Of a stretch of 64,000 nucleotides of DNA, positions 48,585 to 58,155 are shown one piece after another (within the stretch, counting starts at the first letter, position 1; every line of letters begins with the position of its first letter). The notes under the pieces were generated by a model. It was not told the origin of the DNA and searched no databases. It was given only the letters and a program-made list of their open reading frames with translations. Both the position numbers and the translations under genes were made by a program. The stretch covers positions 165 to 64,164 of the forward strand of contig CAKSPO010000005.1 of NCBI GenBank assembly GCA_934481515.1, read 5' to 3'. The stretch is from an uncultured Eubacteriales bacterium (GTDB lineage Bacteria; Bacillota; Clostridia; Oscillospirales; CAG-272).

Positions 48585-48840
48585 TCGTTTTTTGAAATTT
48601 TTTCGGTTCCTTTTGCGGCGTTGCGGCGGAGGGAATCCAAAAAAGAAAAAACGATTGCATTTTCTGTTCTCCCTGCGGACAGGTCGGACCCGGAGCGGAA
48701 CTGTCGGAGAACTTCTCTTTTTCGGCGGATTTGTGCCGGAGGGCACAGAGGTGTTTTTATCGGTCGGGGCGGGGCATGGCGGAAACGCAGGAAAGTGAAA
48801 AAATAGACAGGAAACTATAAATATTTGACGGAAACCGCTA

Positions 48841-48870
48841 TTGACAAACCAAAACGGGATATAGTAAAAT
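48841..48870 (+). promoter_or_regulatory. Candidate promoter of the GH20-like gene
   Basis: TTGACA, 18 nt, TAAAAT. Confidence 0.5.
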
Positions 48871-49002
48871 GACTGTGGCGGAGCCGTTTCGGGGGAAAGC
48901 CCCGGAAATGCTCTCGTGTATTGCGGTGCACTTCTTTGAAACAGCCGCTTGTTTTTCCGGAATCAATTTTTGAAAATACAGATTTTTTAGGAGGAAAATC
49001 CA

Positions 49003-51138
49003 ATGCCGTTCAATCCGAACTGCCTGCTCCCGCGCCCGCAGAAGGTGGGGGAAATCAAAGGCGAAATTGTCATCGGTCATCTTGCCGGTGCCGCCGTGTC
49101 GCTGACCTGCGACGCGCAGGAAAATCCGCTTCTGCAAAGTGCCGCACAGGTGGTGCGGAATGTGCTTTCCGAAAAAGCGGCATGTCCGGCGCTCAAAGCA
49201 CCGGACGGCGCTTCCTACCGTATTTCCCTGACGGTTGCTCCTTCCGATCCGCACTTTTCCGGAATCGGCAAGGCGGAGGCGTATTTTGCGGAGATCGGGG
49301 AAAAAGAGGCAAAACTTTGCGGAGCGGATCCCGCCGGAGCCTTCTACGCCGCCGCAACCTTTGCCCGGCTTTTGTTTGTTGAGGGAGATGAGGTGCGCCT
49401 GCCGCTGGTTTCCGTGCTGGACTATCCGGACTTCCCGCTCCGCGGCAACTACATCGAATGTCGCTACGGTACCGAATTTCTGACGAAAGAGGATTGGTTC
49501 CGGATCATCGATTACTACGCTTCCATGAAGTGCAACGTCATGACCGTCGGCGTGTACGGCTGCTGGTCGCAGCAGTATGACGATGAGGTTTCGGAATATC
49601 TCTATCTTCCCGTCAAAGCATATCCGGAGCTGAAAACCCCGAAAAAAATCCGGTATTATTCTCCCGCAAAGCGGGGATATGTGATGCAGTCGGACGTGCT
49701 GCCGACCATGTTCCGGGAGGACTTTTTCGGCGACCTTGTCGCTTACGGAAAAGAGAAAAATGTGACCGTCCGCCCGTTGTTCAACAGTCTTGGTCACAAC
49801 CGTCTGCTGCCGGAAACGTTTCCGGAAATCTCCGCCGTCACGGCGGAGGGAAAGCCTTCGCTGTTTGGCTTCTGCACCCGGAACGAAAAGACTTACGAGG
49901 TTCTGTTCGGCATCTATGACGAGATCATCGACCGCTACCTGACGCCGAACGGTGTGGATTCCATTCACGTGGGGCTGGATGAGGTCGGCGCCCCCTACGT
50001 CTGCCACTGTGCAAAATGCGAGGGCACCCCGCAGCAGGAACTGATGATGGAGCATCTGATCCGCATCTGCAAGCACCTGAAGGAAAAGGGCATGCGGAAG
50101 GTCTATATTTTCCACGACATGTTCTATCACATCTTCAACATGGTCAACGAGGAGATGCGCGACCGGCTGATCCGGGAGGACATCTACGACATGCTGGTCA
50201 TGGACTGGTGGACGTATGAGGATCCCGCACATCTGTTCTGGGACAAGCCGGACGGAGTCAATTCTCTTCTGCACAGCATCATCAAGCCGTTTACGGGCTA
50301 TTATCACTGGACGATCCCGACCGACAGCAATGACAACATCCGTGCCTGCGCCAAGCTTGCAATGGAGCGCGGCTTTGAGGGTGTGGAGGCTTACAGCGCT
50401 TTTGAGGACTGCTATGACAAGAATTTCTACTGTCTTGCCGAGGCAGGCTGGAACCTGACCGCCGCGGAGGACAAGGACGGCTTTGACGCGCGGTATGCCG
50501 CACTCCGGTTCCCCGGCGAGGAGAAGGAGGCGGAGCGGGCACTGTTCCACATGCAGGAGCTGATGCGCGACGTTACCGGAAAGTCCTATATGAACAGCGC
50601 CTGCTATGACTATGAATATTATTTCTACTGCTACCGCAGAGCCGGCAAGCGCCAGAACTTCCCCGGCGATGCGTTCCGGCGGATGCGGGAGAGGGAGGCG
50701 GAGGGCATTGCCGATCTGACCCGCCTGCGGGAGCATGCAGATCTTGCACTGCGTTTCTTTACCGACGAAAGCCGCCCTGCGGACTTTTACCGCAGGGTAT
50801 GGAAGCTGACTGCATGGCATTACCGGGTATTGGCAGATGAATATCTGACCCTGAACCGGCTGGATCATGCCTACAACGCCGGAGAGATCACCGTGCAGGC
50901 AGTCACGGAGGAATTGGAACGCCTTCTTGCGGAGCGGGAGGCGCTGATGGAATTCGCGGAGGAGGTCAGAATTCCAGCCACCGTGTACACCTATCTGCGG
51001 AACATGACCCTCTTCCGTCAGGTTCTTCTGGATCTTCTGGCATATTTCCGCCGGAGCATCGCGGCGGGGCAAACGCCGAAGTTGGATGTAACGGATCTTT
51101 CCTACACGGCGTCGGAGCTGTTCCATAGTATGGAGTAA
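49003..51138 (+). CDS. Glycoside hydrolase family 20-like protein (beta-N-acetylhexosaminidase-like), cytoplasmic
   Basis: 711 aa; RBS AGGAGG; GH20-like landmarks VLDYPDFPLRGNYIE, FNSLGHN, IHVGLDEVG; no signal peptide; the usual HxHLxDD block is not conserved, so activity is uncertain. Confidence 0.55.
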   Translation: MPFNPNCLLPRPQKVGEIKGEIVIGHLAGAAVSLTCDAQENPLLQSAAQVVRNVLSEKAACPALKAPDGASYRISLTVAPSDPHFSGIGKAEAYFAEIGEKEAKLCGADPAGAFYAAATFARLLFVEGDEVRLPLVSVLDYPDFPLRGNYIECRYGTEFLTKEDWFRIIDYYASMKCNVMTVGVYGCWSQQYDDEVSEYLYLPVKAYPELKTPKKIRYYSPAKRGYVMQSDVLPTMFREDFFGDLVAYGKEKNVTVRPLFNSLGHNRLLPETFPEISAVTAEGKPSLFGFCTRNEKTYEVLFGIYDEIIDRYLTPNGVDSIHVGLDEVGAPYVCHCAKCEGTPQQELMMEHLIRICKHLKEKGMRKVYIFHDMFYHIFNMVNEEMRDRLIREDIYDMLVMDWWTYEDPAHLFWDKPDGVNSLLHSIIKPFTGYYHWTIPTDSNDNIRACAKLAMERGFEGVEAYSAFEDCYDKNFYCLAEAGWNLTAAEDKDGFDARYAALRFPGEEKEAERALFHMQELMRDVTGKSYMNSACYDYEYYFYCYRRAGKRQNFPGDAFRRMREREAEGIADLTRLREHADLALRFFTDESRPADFYRRVWKLTAWHYRVLADEYLTLNRLDHAYNAGEITVQAVTEELERLLAEREALMEFAEEVRIPATVYTYLRNMTLFRQVLLDLLAYFRRSIAAGQTPKLDVTDLSYTASELFHSME

Positions 51139-51303
51139 GAATCCGGAGGGAAGGAGGTTCCTCCCTTCAATGGCGGCTGTACGCATTGAAAGCCGGAGTT
51201 TGCCGGATACAGAAAAGCAGGTTGTCGCAGATGAAGTGAACACGTCTCCGAAGCCGCCGGACGTAAACTGACCGCAAACCGGTCGTAAAACAACATGAAA
51301 AAA

Positions 51304-51337
51304 GCATGGTCAGACGTTCTCAGACCATGCTTTTTTT
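51304..51337 (+). terminator. Rho-independent terminator
   Basis: GCATGGTC..GACCATGC stem followed by T7, with an A-run upstream. Confidence 0.7.
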
Positions 51338-51560
51338 CTGCGTTTTTGCGCCGGAAATCGCTTATTTTTCTTTTCAAAACGGTTATATTTAGAACAAGAA
51401 TCGGAATCGTTCTATCATTTTGGAAAATGATGATGCCGGAGGGAGTGGCGAAGCCGTCTGCGGGGCATCTGGTATTGCGTGGAGAAAGGCTATTTTGGAG
51501 AAAAAGGAAAAAAGATGCGCCGGGGATTCTGAAAATAACGAAAAAACTCATAATTTCCTA

Positions 51561-51589
51561 TTGACAAATCTCCCGACCGGTGGTAATAT
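51561..51589 (+). promoter_or_regulatory. Candidate promoter of the giant surface-protein gene
   Basis: TTGACA, 17 nt, TAATAT. Confidence 0.55.
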
Positions 51590-51707
51590 ATTTATATGTA
51601 TAGCCATAACTATGGACTCCGGGCGCATTCTGCTCCCCGGGGGCCTCACAAAAGGTCACCGTTGATTGCAAGCAACGGAATCTGAGACGAAAGAGCGAGG
51701 TTTTGTT

Positions 51708-54700
51708 ATGAAGATTTTCAACAGAGTTCTTGCCATGCTCCTGACACTTGTTACAGTGTTGGCGGTTCTGCCGATCGGAGCAATGGCGGATGCCTGGCTG
51801 GAAGTAGACGCAAAAACGGATGCGGAATCCGGAGGTACCGTCACGGATCTGACGGTTACGGTGGATCCGTCGGCGCTTTTGGCGTATCTGAAGAGCCGGG
51901 ATATTTCTGCCCTGCTTGCCGGGATTTCTCTGAACAATGTCAAGAGCGTTCTTACGCTTGATGAAATTCTGGAGATTGTTCCGCAGGCGCAAGGGAAGGA
52001 GATCATTACCGATGCGATGAACACGCTCGGAAACGATCTGGATGCGATTGTGGATCTGGCGGCAGCGGCGGATCTGATTGATCCAGCCAAGCTTTCCTCC
52101 GGCTATTACGATGAAGAAAAGCTGAAGAACCTGATTGCGGAGAAAACCGCATCGGAGCTTTCGGATTACATCGTAACGGAAAATCTGAAGAATCTGATTT
52201 CTTCTGTGGATGCGGCAACGCTCGGCGATTATATCGATGAGGACGCACTTCGCAATCTGCTTGCCGCAAAATCTGCCGAAACGCTGGCGGACTATCTGGA
52301 TGAGGCTGCTTTCCGCAATCTGCTCGGAAACCGGGCGGCATCTCTTTCCGCTTATGTGAAGAACGACCGGCTGAAGGATTTGTTTGCCGGAAAAACCTAT
52401 AACGACCTGAAGGCTTGCATCAACCGCGAGGATCTGCTTGCAAAGATCTCCGGAACCGCATACGGCTCTTTGACTGCCTATGTGAACGAAGAAGCCGTAA
52501 AGACCATTTTTGAAAGAGAAGTGGATGCGGCTGTACTGGCTCCCTATTATAATGGAAGCGAGCTGGATGTAGCGGCGGTTTATGCCAATAAGAGCATTAC
52601 CACGACGAGCCTGCTTCAGATGATGGTGGATGAAAATGCCATTGACGTCACTTCCATGTTGCTGGGTGCAACCCCGCTGTTCTCGGTTGCAACCCTGGCA
52701 GAGGAGGGAATCATTGATGTCAATGCGATGCTGACCGGTTCCACCAAAATCTTTGAAGTGCAGGAGCTTTTGGATGCCGAGGTGCTGGATCTGGATCTCG
52801 CAATGAACGGCAACGGCTCCGGTGTGGCCCCCCTGTTTACGACAGCTGAACTTCTGGATAATAATATTGTATTGATAGATGTTGTCGTTTCCGGCGACGA
52901 AGCGAACGGCGTTCCCGCGCTGTTTACGGTTGCGGAGCTGCTGAATGCAGATGTGGTGGATCTGGATCTGGTGCTTTCCGGCGATGAAGCCAACGGGATC
53001 CCTGCGCTGTTTACGGTTGCGGAGTTGCTGAATGCAAACGTTGTGGATCTGAAGCTTGCGTTGGCAGGCGACAGTGCCAACGGAATTGTTGCGCTGTTCT
53101 CCGTTGCAGACCTGCTTGCGGACGGTACACTGAACCTCAATGCCATTCTGATGGGCGATGAGGCGCAGAACCTTCCTGCGCTCATCAATGTCCGCCAGCT
53201 TCTGACGGCGGGAGTGATTACCAAAGACGGCATCCGGACGGCGCTGACGCTGCTTGGTACCGATAAAATCGTTTCCTATGTTACCCGCGTATACAACGCG
53301 GTGCGCAAGAATGTGGATCAGATTACCCTTGGCGGATATGTAATTGCCGAGGAGGATGATCTTGCCTTCCTGACCATCAACGCGACCAACCTGATCCGCG
53401 CGTTCAAGGAACTGATCCCGACGCTGGAGAATCTGCGCGATCTGGAAACCAACGGCACACTTCTGAAAACCGATTTCTCCTTTACCTATCAGTCCGAGGC
53501 GACCGGCGATCTTCCCAAAACGAAGAAGTTTAATGTAACGGTTCAGCTGGACGGCGGTGTCGAAGCCGTCAAGAAGGTTCGCCTTGCCGCGGAGAAGCTC
53601 TTGGCGCAGGCGAAGAAATTCGTTTCCGATTTCAGCTATGAAAACGGAAAGCTGACGCTTGGCGTTGTCATTCCTTCTCAGTTTGCGGATGCTTTTGCAA
53701 AGCTTTTGGAGAAGCTGGACGAGGTAAATCCGGCACTGAAGGATCAGATTCTTGCTCTGCATGACAAAAATGCAACCGACATGGTGGAGTTTGTAAATCA
53801 GCTCACGGTCGGCGAGATCAGACAGATTCTTGAAATGGTGGATGCCAATGATTTCCGTGCGGTATATCAGCGCGTGATGGCTTCCTACTATGTGGATTTC
53901 CTTCTGAACTATATCAAGACCGCAACGGGCTATGATTTTACGGGGTATACGCTGGAGGATCTGGTAGGAAAGGCTACCGAGCTTCCTACGCTCCGGCAGA
54001 TTTGTGACAAGCTGAAGAGCCTGACCGGTGTGGATGTGCTTTCCAAGCTTCCTGTTTCCGACGGAAGCGCGGATGCGAAGGTAACCGAACTGTTCACCAA
54101 GGCGGTGAAGAAGGCGACCGGGTACACCGTAAACTTCCAGGAAATTCTGGAGAACGCGGCTGCAGCCGCAGATCCGGTACAGGCACTGTATGATGCCGTA
54201 CTGGAGAAAATCGACGACGCTGAGGGAATGTTTGAAGCGGTCAAGAACCGCATCCTGCCGTATGCGGAGCGGGTTCTCAACTCCGGGATCGGTTCCCAAA
54301 TCAACGGTGTAACGCTGGATAGCCTGTATCGCAACAACGGTCTGTTCTCGGCATCCGCTTCCGCAAGCGTTGATGTCAAGCAGCTGTTGCAGCTTGTTTC
54401 CGATGCGTTCTTTGCAAAGGCAGGCTCCTACATTGAGCTTGCAACCGGAAAGATTCTGGATCGCCTTCCCGCACAGGCATCCGGTGTTATCAGCACCGAC
54501 TTCGTGCAGAAGGTGGTCAACAAGATCCTTGCCGCAATGCCCGGATATACCTACAGCTTCTCTTTGGAGCTGGGTGTGACCGTTGCAAAACTGCATCGGA
54601 TCACCTTCTATGATACCGACGGCGTTACTGTCCTGAAGAAGGTATTCCTGCCTGCCGGTGTCAAGCTTGACAGCATTCTGCACTACACTCCCGAAACACT

Positions 54701-57257
54701 GGAGACGACCTTCCTCGGATGGAAGGACAAGAACGGCGAGACGGTTTACACCACGATGCCCGACGCGGATGTCGAGGTTGTTGCAACCGTTGACACTGAC
54801 GAGGAAACGGATTTTGTTCTGCCGGGACTGGTCGAAGGTGCGGATTACGTTATCAACCGGTTGGCGGATGGCTCCTATGAAATCGTCCTGACCGAGATTC
54901 CTACTGCACTGGATCTTGTCATGAGCCGCAGGGTGCTTGAAAAGGTCAACGCTGCCTGCACTTTCGTGAAGGTCCGGAGCGCGGACTCCCGTTATTCCGT
55001 CACCTTTGATCATGCAACCGTCGGAACTCTGCTTGCCACCGGATTTGCAACCGCTGCAACCTTCCGCTATGCCGCAGAAGAGACCGGAACGGTTTATGAA
55101 ACAGGGGTGAAGGGTGTCAAGACGCATCAGCTTGCATTTCTGTTTGATGCAGATGCGGAAGAGACACATCTGGATTTCGCCGGTTGCAGTCTGGCGGTGG
55201 TTCTGCCCTTTGACGATGCAGTCAATACGGTAGAAAAGAAAACCTTTGTGACAACCAAGGATGCTGCGGGCAACCGGGAAGAGGTCGCAGTTGTTGCGGA
55301 TGCCGTGACAAAGACCGTTTCCTTTACCGCTCCGCACTTCTCCGAGTTCGCCCTTGTCAACAAGTACAATCTGACGCTTTCCAACAATTATGTAATTCTT
55401 TCCGATACCAACCCCGGCGAGTCTGCGACCGTAACGGGAAGCGCACCGATTGCGGGCGCACCTGTGACTGCGGGATATTACGCGGAGGGCGAGACGCTGA
55501 CGGTGGCATCCTCCGTGACGCTGACCGAGCTGGCGGATTTCAAGGCGGCAAACTATAAGTGGGTTTGCCTGACGTTGGTATACGGAGATACTACGACCAC
55601 GGTCGCGGCGGGCGGAACCTTTACAATGCCCGGCGAAGCAGTGTCGATGCTGCACACCGTGATCGCAAATCAGCTCCGGATTTTCTACTATGTCAACGGC
55701 TCTCTCTGGAAGACCACTTCCTATTATGTGGCGGATGCCGGGGCAGAGAAGGAAAAGGGACCGGAAGCACTTCCTGCAGGTTACAGTTCCTGGTATGGTT
55801 ATGATGCCGCGAAGATCGGTGTCAGCGACCTGTACGTGTTTGCAGTCGGCGCAGAGCCGGGTGTCAAGTACACGCTGGAGTTCTACCTGAACAAGGAAGA
55901 TACCGCTCCGGCAAAGAGCTACTCCTACATTGCGGCGGAGTGGTTGGTTCAGATTTCCAAGCTGCCGACAGTTTCCTCGCTGGCTGAAAAGAACGGCGTA
56001 TGGCGCGATGAAGCAGACAAGGCGATTTCCGACTACGACTGGGATACCGTCTTTACGGGAAGTGCAAAGACTGTAAAATTCTATGCTTCCTATGAGGAAA
56101 GAAGCTATACCATCGTTGCAGGAAACGGTACGTTTGTGAAGGGCGGTCTGGTAAGTGCTCCTGCTTTCTCCGAGGTAACGGTTGCGGCGGAAGCAAGAAC
56201 CGGAATGACCGTAACGCTCCGGATGAAGAACTTCGTGACCGGAATGGTGCAGACGCTGGAGCTGGATGAAAATCTGGAGGCAACCTTTGTCATGCCGGCG
56301 GCGGATGTTTCCGTGTACGCCACCTATACGGTGAACACGCTTTCTTACACGGACGCTTCCGGAAATACAAAGACTGCTCCTTATGGAACGATTCTGACCT
56401 TTGATGTGACGGTTCCTGCCGGTTCCGTGCTTGCTGTTGACCCTGCAAAGCTTGCGGGCGCACCGACAGATCTGGAGCAGATTGCGGTAGCGACAACAAA
56501 GAACCGTGCGCATGTACTGACCTATCAGTATGCGCTGACGGTGGACGGATTCAGTGAGGCTGACTTCCTTGCAACGGTCAAGGCAAATATCACGCCTCTG
56601 TCCTATCGGATTTTCCGGATTCTGAACGGCCGCGCCGTGACCTCGGATGCGGCGGCGGAAGCTTTGTTGCATTCCGAAAATGCGGCACTGAAGGGATGGA
56701 GCGCGGCGGTTGCTAACAACTTTACCTTCGCACTTCTGGAATATCGTACTCCCGCAACCTCGCTGTTGTGGCTGTGGATTTGTCTGATTGTTCTGGCAGT
56801 GATTCTGCTGATTGCCTTCTGCTATACGATGTATATCAGAGGAATCTGGAAGCCGAACTTCTTCCTGCGCTTCATCGCATGGCTGGTTTCCGTCTTCTTT
56901 GCAATCTGCATGGGCATTGCCGCGGCAGGATTGGCAATTGCACGTCTGTTCGGCTATCATGAGCCGGAGCCGGAGGAAGAGGAGAGTGTTCCGGAAGAAG
57001 AAAAGGCTGAGGAACCGGTGAATACGGAGGCAGAGCCGGAAACGGCGGAAGAAGAAACTTCCGAGGCACCGGAAACGGCGGAAGAGCCCGCTGAGGCAGA
57101 TGCTGCGGAAGCTTCCGAAGAGAAGCCCGCGGAGACCTCTGAGGAAACCTCTGGCGAAGTCTCTGAGGAAACCGCAGACGAACCGTCTGAGGAAACCGCT
57201 GACGAAATCTCTGAGGAACCCGCTGACGAAACCTCTGATGAGGGGAAGAATCAGTAA
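51708..57257 (+). CDS. Giant (1849 aa) membrane-anchored surface repeat protein
   Basis: ORF from 51666; start placed at MKIFNRVLAMLLTLVTVLAVLPIGAMA (signal peptide). Arrays of ~20-29-aa Leu-rich repeats, at least one InlB-B/Listeria-Bacteroides-type repeat (ITFYDTDG...FLGWKDKNGE), two C-terminal TM helices and a ~100-aa acidic tail. No LPXTG. Confidence 0.85.
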   Translation: MKIFNRVLAMLLTLVTVLAVLPIGAMADAWLEVDAKTDAESGGTVTDLTVTVDPSALLAYLKSRDISALLAGISLNNVKSVLTLDEILEIVPQAQGKEIITDAMNTLGNDLDAIVDLAAAADLIDPAKLSSGYYDEEKLKNLIAEKTASELSDYIVTENLKNLISSVDAATLGDYIDEDALRNLLAAKSAETLADYLDEAAFRNLLGNRAASLSAYVKNDRLKDLFAGKTYNDLKACINREDLLAKISGTAYGSLTAYVNEEAVKTIFEREVDAAVLAPYYNGSELDVAAVYANKSITTTSLLQMMVDENAIDVTSMLLGATPLFSVATLAEEGIIDVNAMLTGSTKIFEVQELLDAEVLDLDLAMNGNGSGVAPLFTTAELLDNNIVLIDVVVSGDEANGVPALFTVAELLNADVVDLDLVLSGDEANGIPALFTVAELLNANVVDLKLALAGDSANGIVALFSVADLLADGTLNLNAILMGDEAQNLPALINVRQLLTAGVITKDGIRTALTLLGTDKIVSYVTRVYNAVRKNVDQITLGGYVIAEEDDLAFLTINATNLIRAFKELIPTLENLRDLETNGTLLKTDFSFTYQSEATGDLPKTKKFNVTVQLDGGVEAVKKVRLAAEKLLAQAKKFVSDFSYENGKLTLGVVIPSQFADAFAKLLEKLDEVNPALKDQILALHDKNATDMVEFVNQLTVGEIRQILEMVDANDFRAVYQRVMASYYVDFLLNYIKTATGYDFTGYTLEDLVGKATELPTLRQICDKLKSLTGVDVLSKLPVSDGSADAKVTELFTKAVKKATGYTVNFQEILENAAAAADPVQALYDAVLEKIDDAEGMFEAVKNRILPYAERVLNSGIGSQINGVTLDSLYRNNGLFSASASASVDVKQLLQLVSDAFFAKAGSYIELATGKILDRLPAQASGVISTDFVQKVVNKILAAMPGYTYSFSLELGVTVAKLHRITFYDTDGVTVLKKVFLPAGVKLDSILHYTPETLETTFLGWKDKNGETVYTTMPDADVEVVATVDTDEETDFVLPGLVEGADYVINRLADGSYEIVLTEIPTALDLVMSRRVLEKVNAACTFVKVRSADSRYSVTFDHATVGTLLATGFATAATFRYAAEETGTVYETGVKGVKTHQLAFLFDADAEETHLDFAGCSLAVVLPFDDAVNTVEKKTFVTTKDAAGNREEVAVVADAVTKTVSFTAPHFSEFALVNKYNLTLSNNYVILSDTNPGESATVTGSAPIAGAPVTAGYYAEGETLTVASSVTLTELADFKAANYKWVCLTLVYGDTTTTVAAGGTFTMPGEAVSMLHTVIANQLRIFYYVNGSLWKTTSYYVADAGAEKEKGPEALPAGYSSWYGYDAAKIGVSDLYVFAVGAEPGVKYTLEFYLNKEDTAPAKSYSYIAAEWLVQISKLPTVSSLAEKNGVWRDEADKAISDYDWDTVFTGSAKTVKFYASYEERSYTIVAGNGTFVKGGLVSAPAFSEVTVAAEARTGMTVTLRMKNFVTGMVQTLELDENLEATFVMPAADVSVYATYTVNTLSYTDASGNTKTAPYGTILTFDVTVPAGSVLAVDPAKLAGAPTDLEQIAVATTKNRAHVLTYQYALTVDGFSEADFLATVKANITPLSYRIFRILNGRAVTSDAAAEALLHSENAALKGWSAAVANNFTFALLEYRTPATSLLWLWICLIVLAVILLIAFCYTMYIRGIWKPNFFLRFIAWLVSVFFAICMGIAAAGLAIARLFGYHEPEPEEEESVPEEEKAEEPVNTEAEPETAEEETSEAPETAEEPAEADAAEASEEKPAETSEETSGEVSEETADEPSEETADEISEEPADETSDEGKNQ
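52890..53237 (+). repeat. 87-bp (29-aa) tandem coding repeats x4
   Basis: SGDEANGVPALFTVAELLNADVVDLDLVL and variants, starting at 52890, 52977, 53064 and 53151; degenerate copies upstream from about 52640. Confidence 0.8.
57138..57245 (+). repeat. 24-bp (8-aa) tandem coding repeats x4.5 in the acidic tail
   Basis: TCTGAGGAAACC.. recurs at 57138, 57162, 57186, 57210 and 57234 (SEETADEP-type). Confidence 0.8.
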
Positions 57258-57290
57258 TTTCTGATCGGGGTCGAAAGACATGATTTTTAT

Positions 57291-57322
57291 GCAGGGAAAA
57301 CTTCTGTGGAAGTTTTCCCTGC
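57291..57322 (+). terminator. Strong hairpin after the giant gene (no clear U-tract)
   Basis: CAGGGAAAACTTC-TGTG-GAAGTTTTCCCTG: 13-bp perfect stem. Confidence 0.45.
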
Positions 57323-57377
57323 TGTGTCTCTATACGGCTTTTGACAGCGGAAAAAGAAAAGAGGGGAATAGGAAGAA

Positions 57378-58124
57378 ATGGAATTTTCAAAAGTTTATCC
57401 GGTGCTGTGGCATGATACTGACCCAAACCGGGTGATTCGCCCTGCGCGGCTTTTGTCCTATATGCAGGAAACGGCGAATGCGCATCTTGCCTCCGCCGGA
57501 CTTTCGCTGGACGAACTCCGGGATCGGCGCGGCTTGGCGTATATTCTGAGCAGTATTTCGGCTTGCATTTATGAAAAACTGTATGCGGGGGATCGGATTG
57601 AAGTACAGACGTGGATGAGCGAGGGGCGCGGACTGCGCCATAACCGATGCTATCGGGTGTTGCGCGGGAAAGAGACTGTCGCGGAGGCGGTTTCGGTCTG
57701 GGCGCTAATTGATTTGCGGGAAAAGCGACTGCTCAAAAATGAGGAGTCTCCATATCCGATCGAGGCTTACGCAGCACCCAAGCTTCCGATTCCGCTGCGG
57801 ATTCATCTTCCTTTGACGGAGGAGATGCCGGTAGTCGGAACCCGAACGGTGAGCTATTCCGACATTGATTATAACGGACACATGAACAACACCCGATATC
57901 CGGATTTGCTTTGCGATTTTACGCCCGATATTCTTTCCCGGCGTATCACAGGATTTGCGCTCTCGTTTCTGCACGAGGCGACCTTCGGTCATGAGCTCCG
58001 GATTCACCGGGCAGAGGAGAACGGAAATTTTCTGTTCCGCGCATTGGATGCGGACGGAACGCATTGCCTGGATGCGGTACTTTATACCGAGGAGGACCGG
58101 ACGGTTCAACCGCAGGGAAAATGA
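57378..58124 (+). CDS. Acyl-ACP thioesterase family protein
   Basis: 248 aa; double hot-dog layout, ..WHDTDPNRVIRPARLLSYMQETA.. and second-half YSDIDYNGHMNNTRY. Confidence 0.8.
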   Translation: MEFSKVYPVLWHDTDPNRVIRPARLLSYMQETANAHLASAGLSLDELRDRRGLAYILSSISACIYEKLYAGDRIEVQTWMSEGRGLRHNRCYRVLRGKETVAEAVSVWALIDLREKRLLKNEESPYPIEAYAAPKLPIPLRIHLPLTEEMPVVGTRTVSYSDIDYNGHMNNTRYPDLLCDFTPDILSRRITGFALSFLHEATFGHELRIHRAEENGNFLFRALDADGTHCLDAVLYTEEDRTVQPQGK

Positions 58125-58155
58125 CCATCTCTCATTCAGAAAGGGACGTGCTGGT

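Noticed and set aside
51558-57281. 1907-aa minus-strand ORF, the longest in the window, opposite the giant surface-protein gene
   Set aside because: It is codon-aligned with the plus-strand gene (57279 - 51666 = 5613 = 3 x 1871). It therefore stays open simply because the sense gene lacks TTA, CTA and TCA codons. Its product is low-complexity Arg/Gly/Cys-rich with no motif. The plus-strand product has a signal peptide, repeats and TM anchors.
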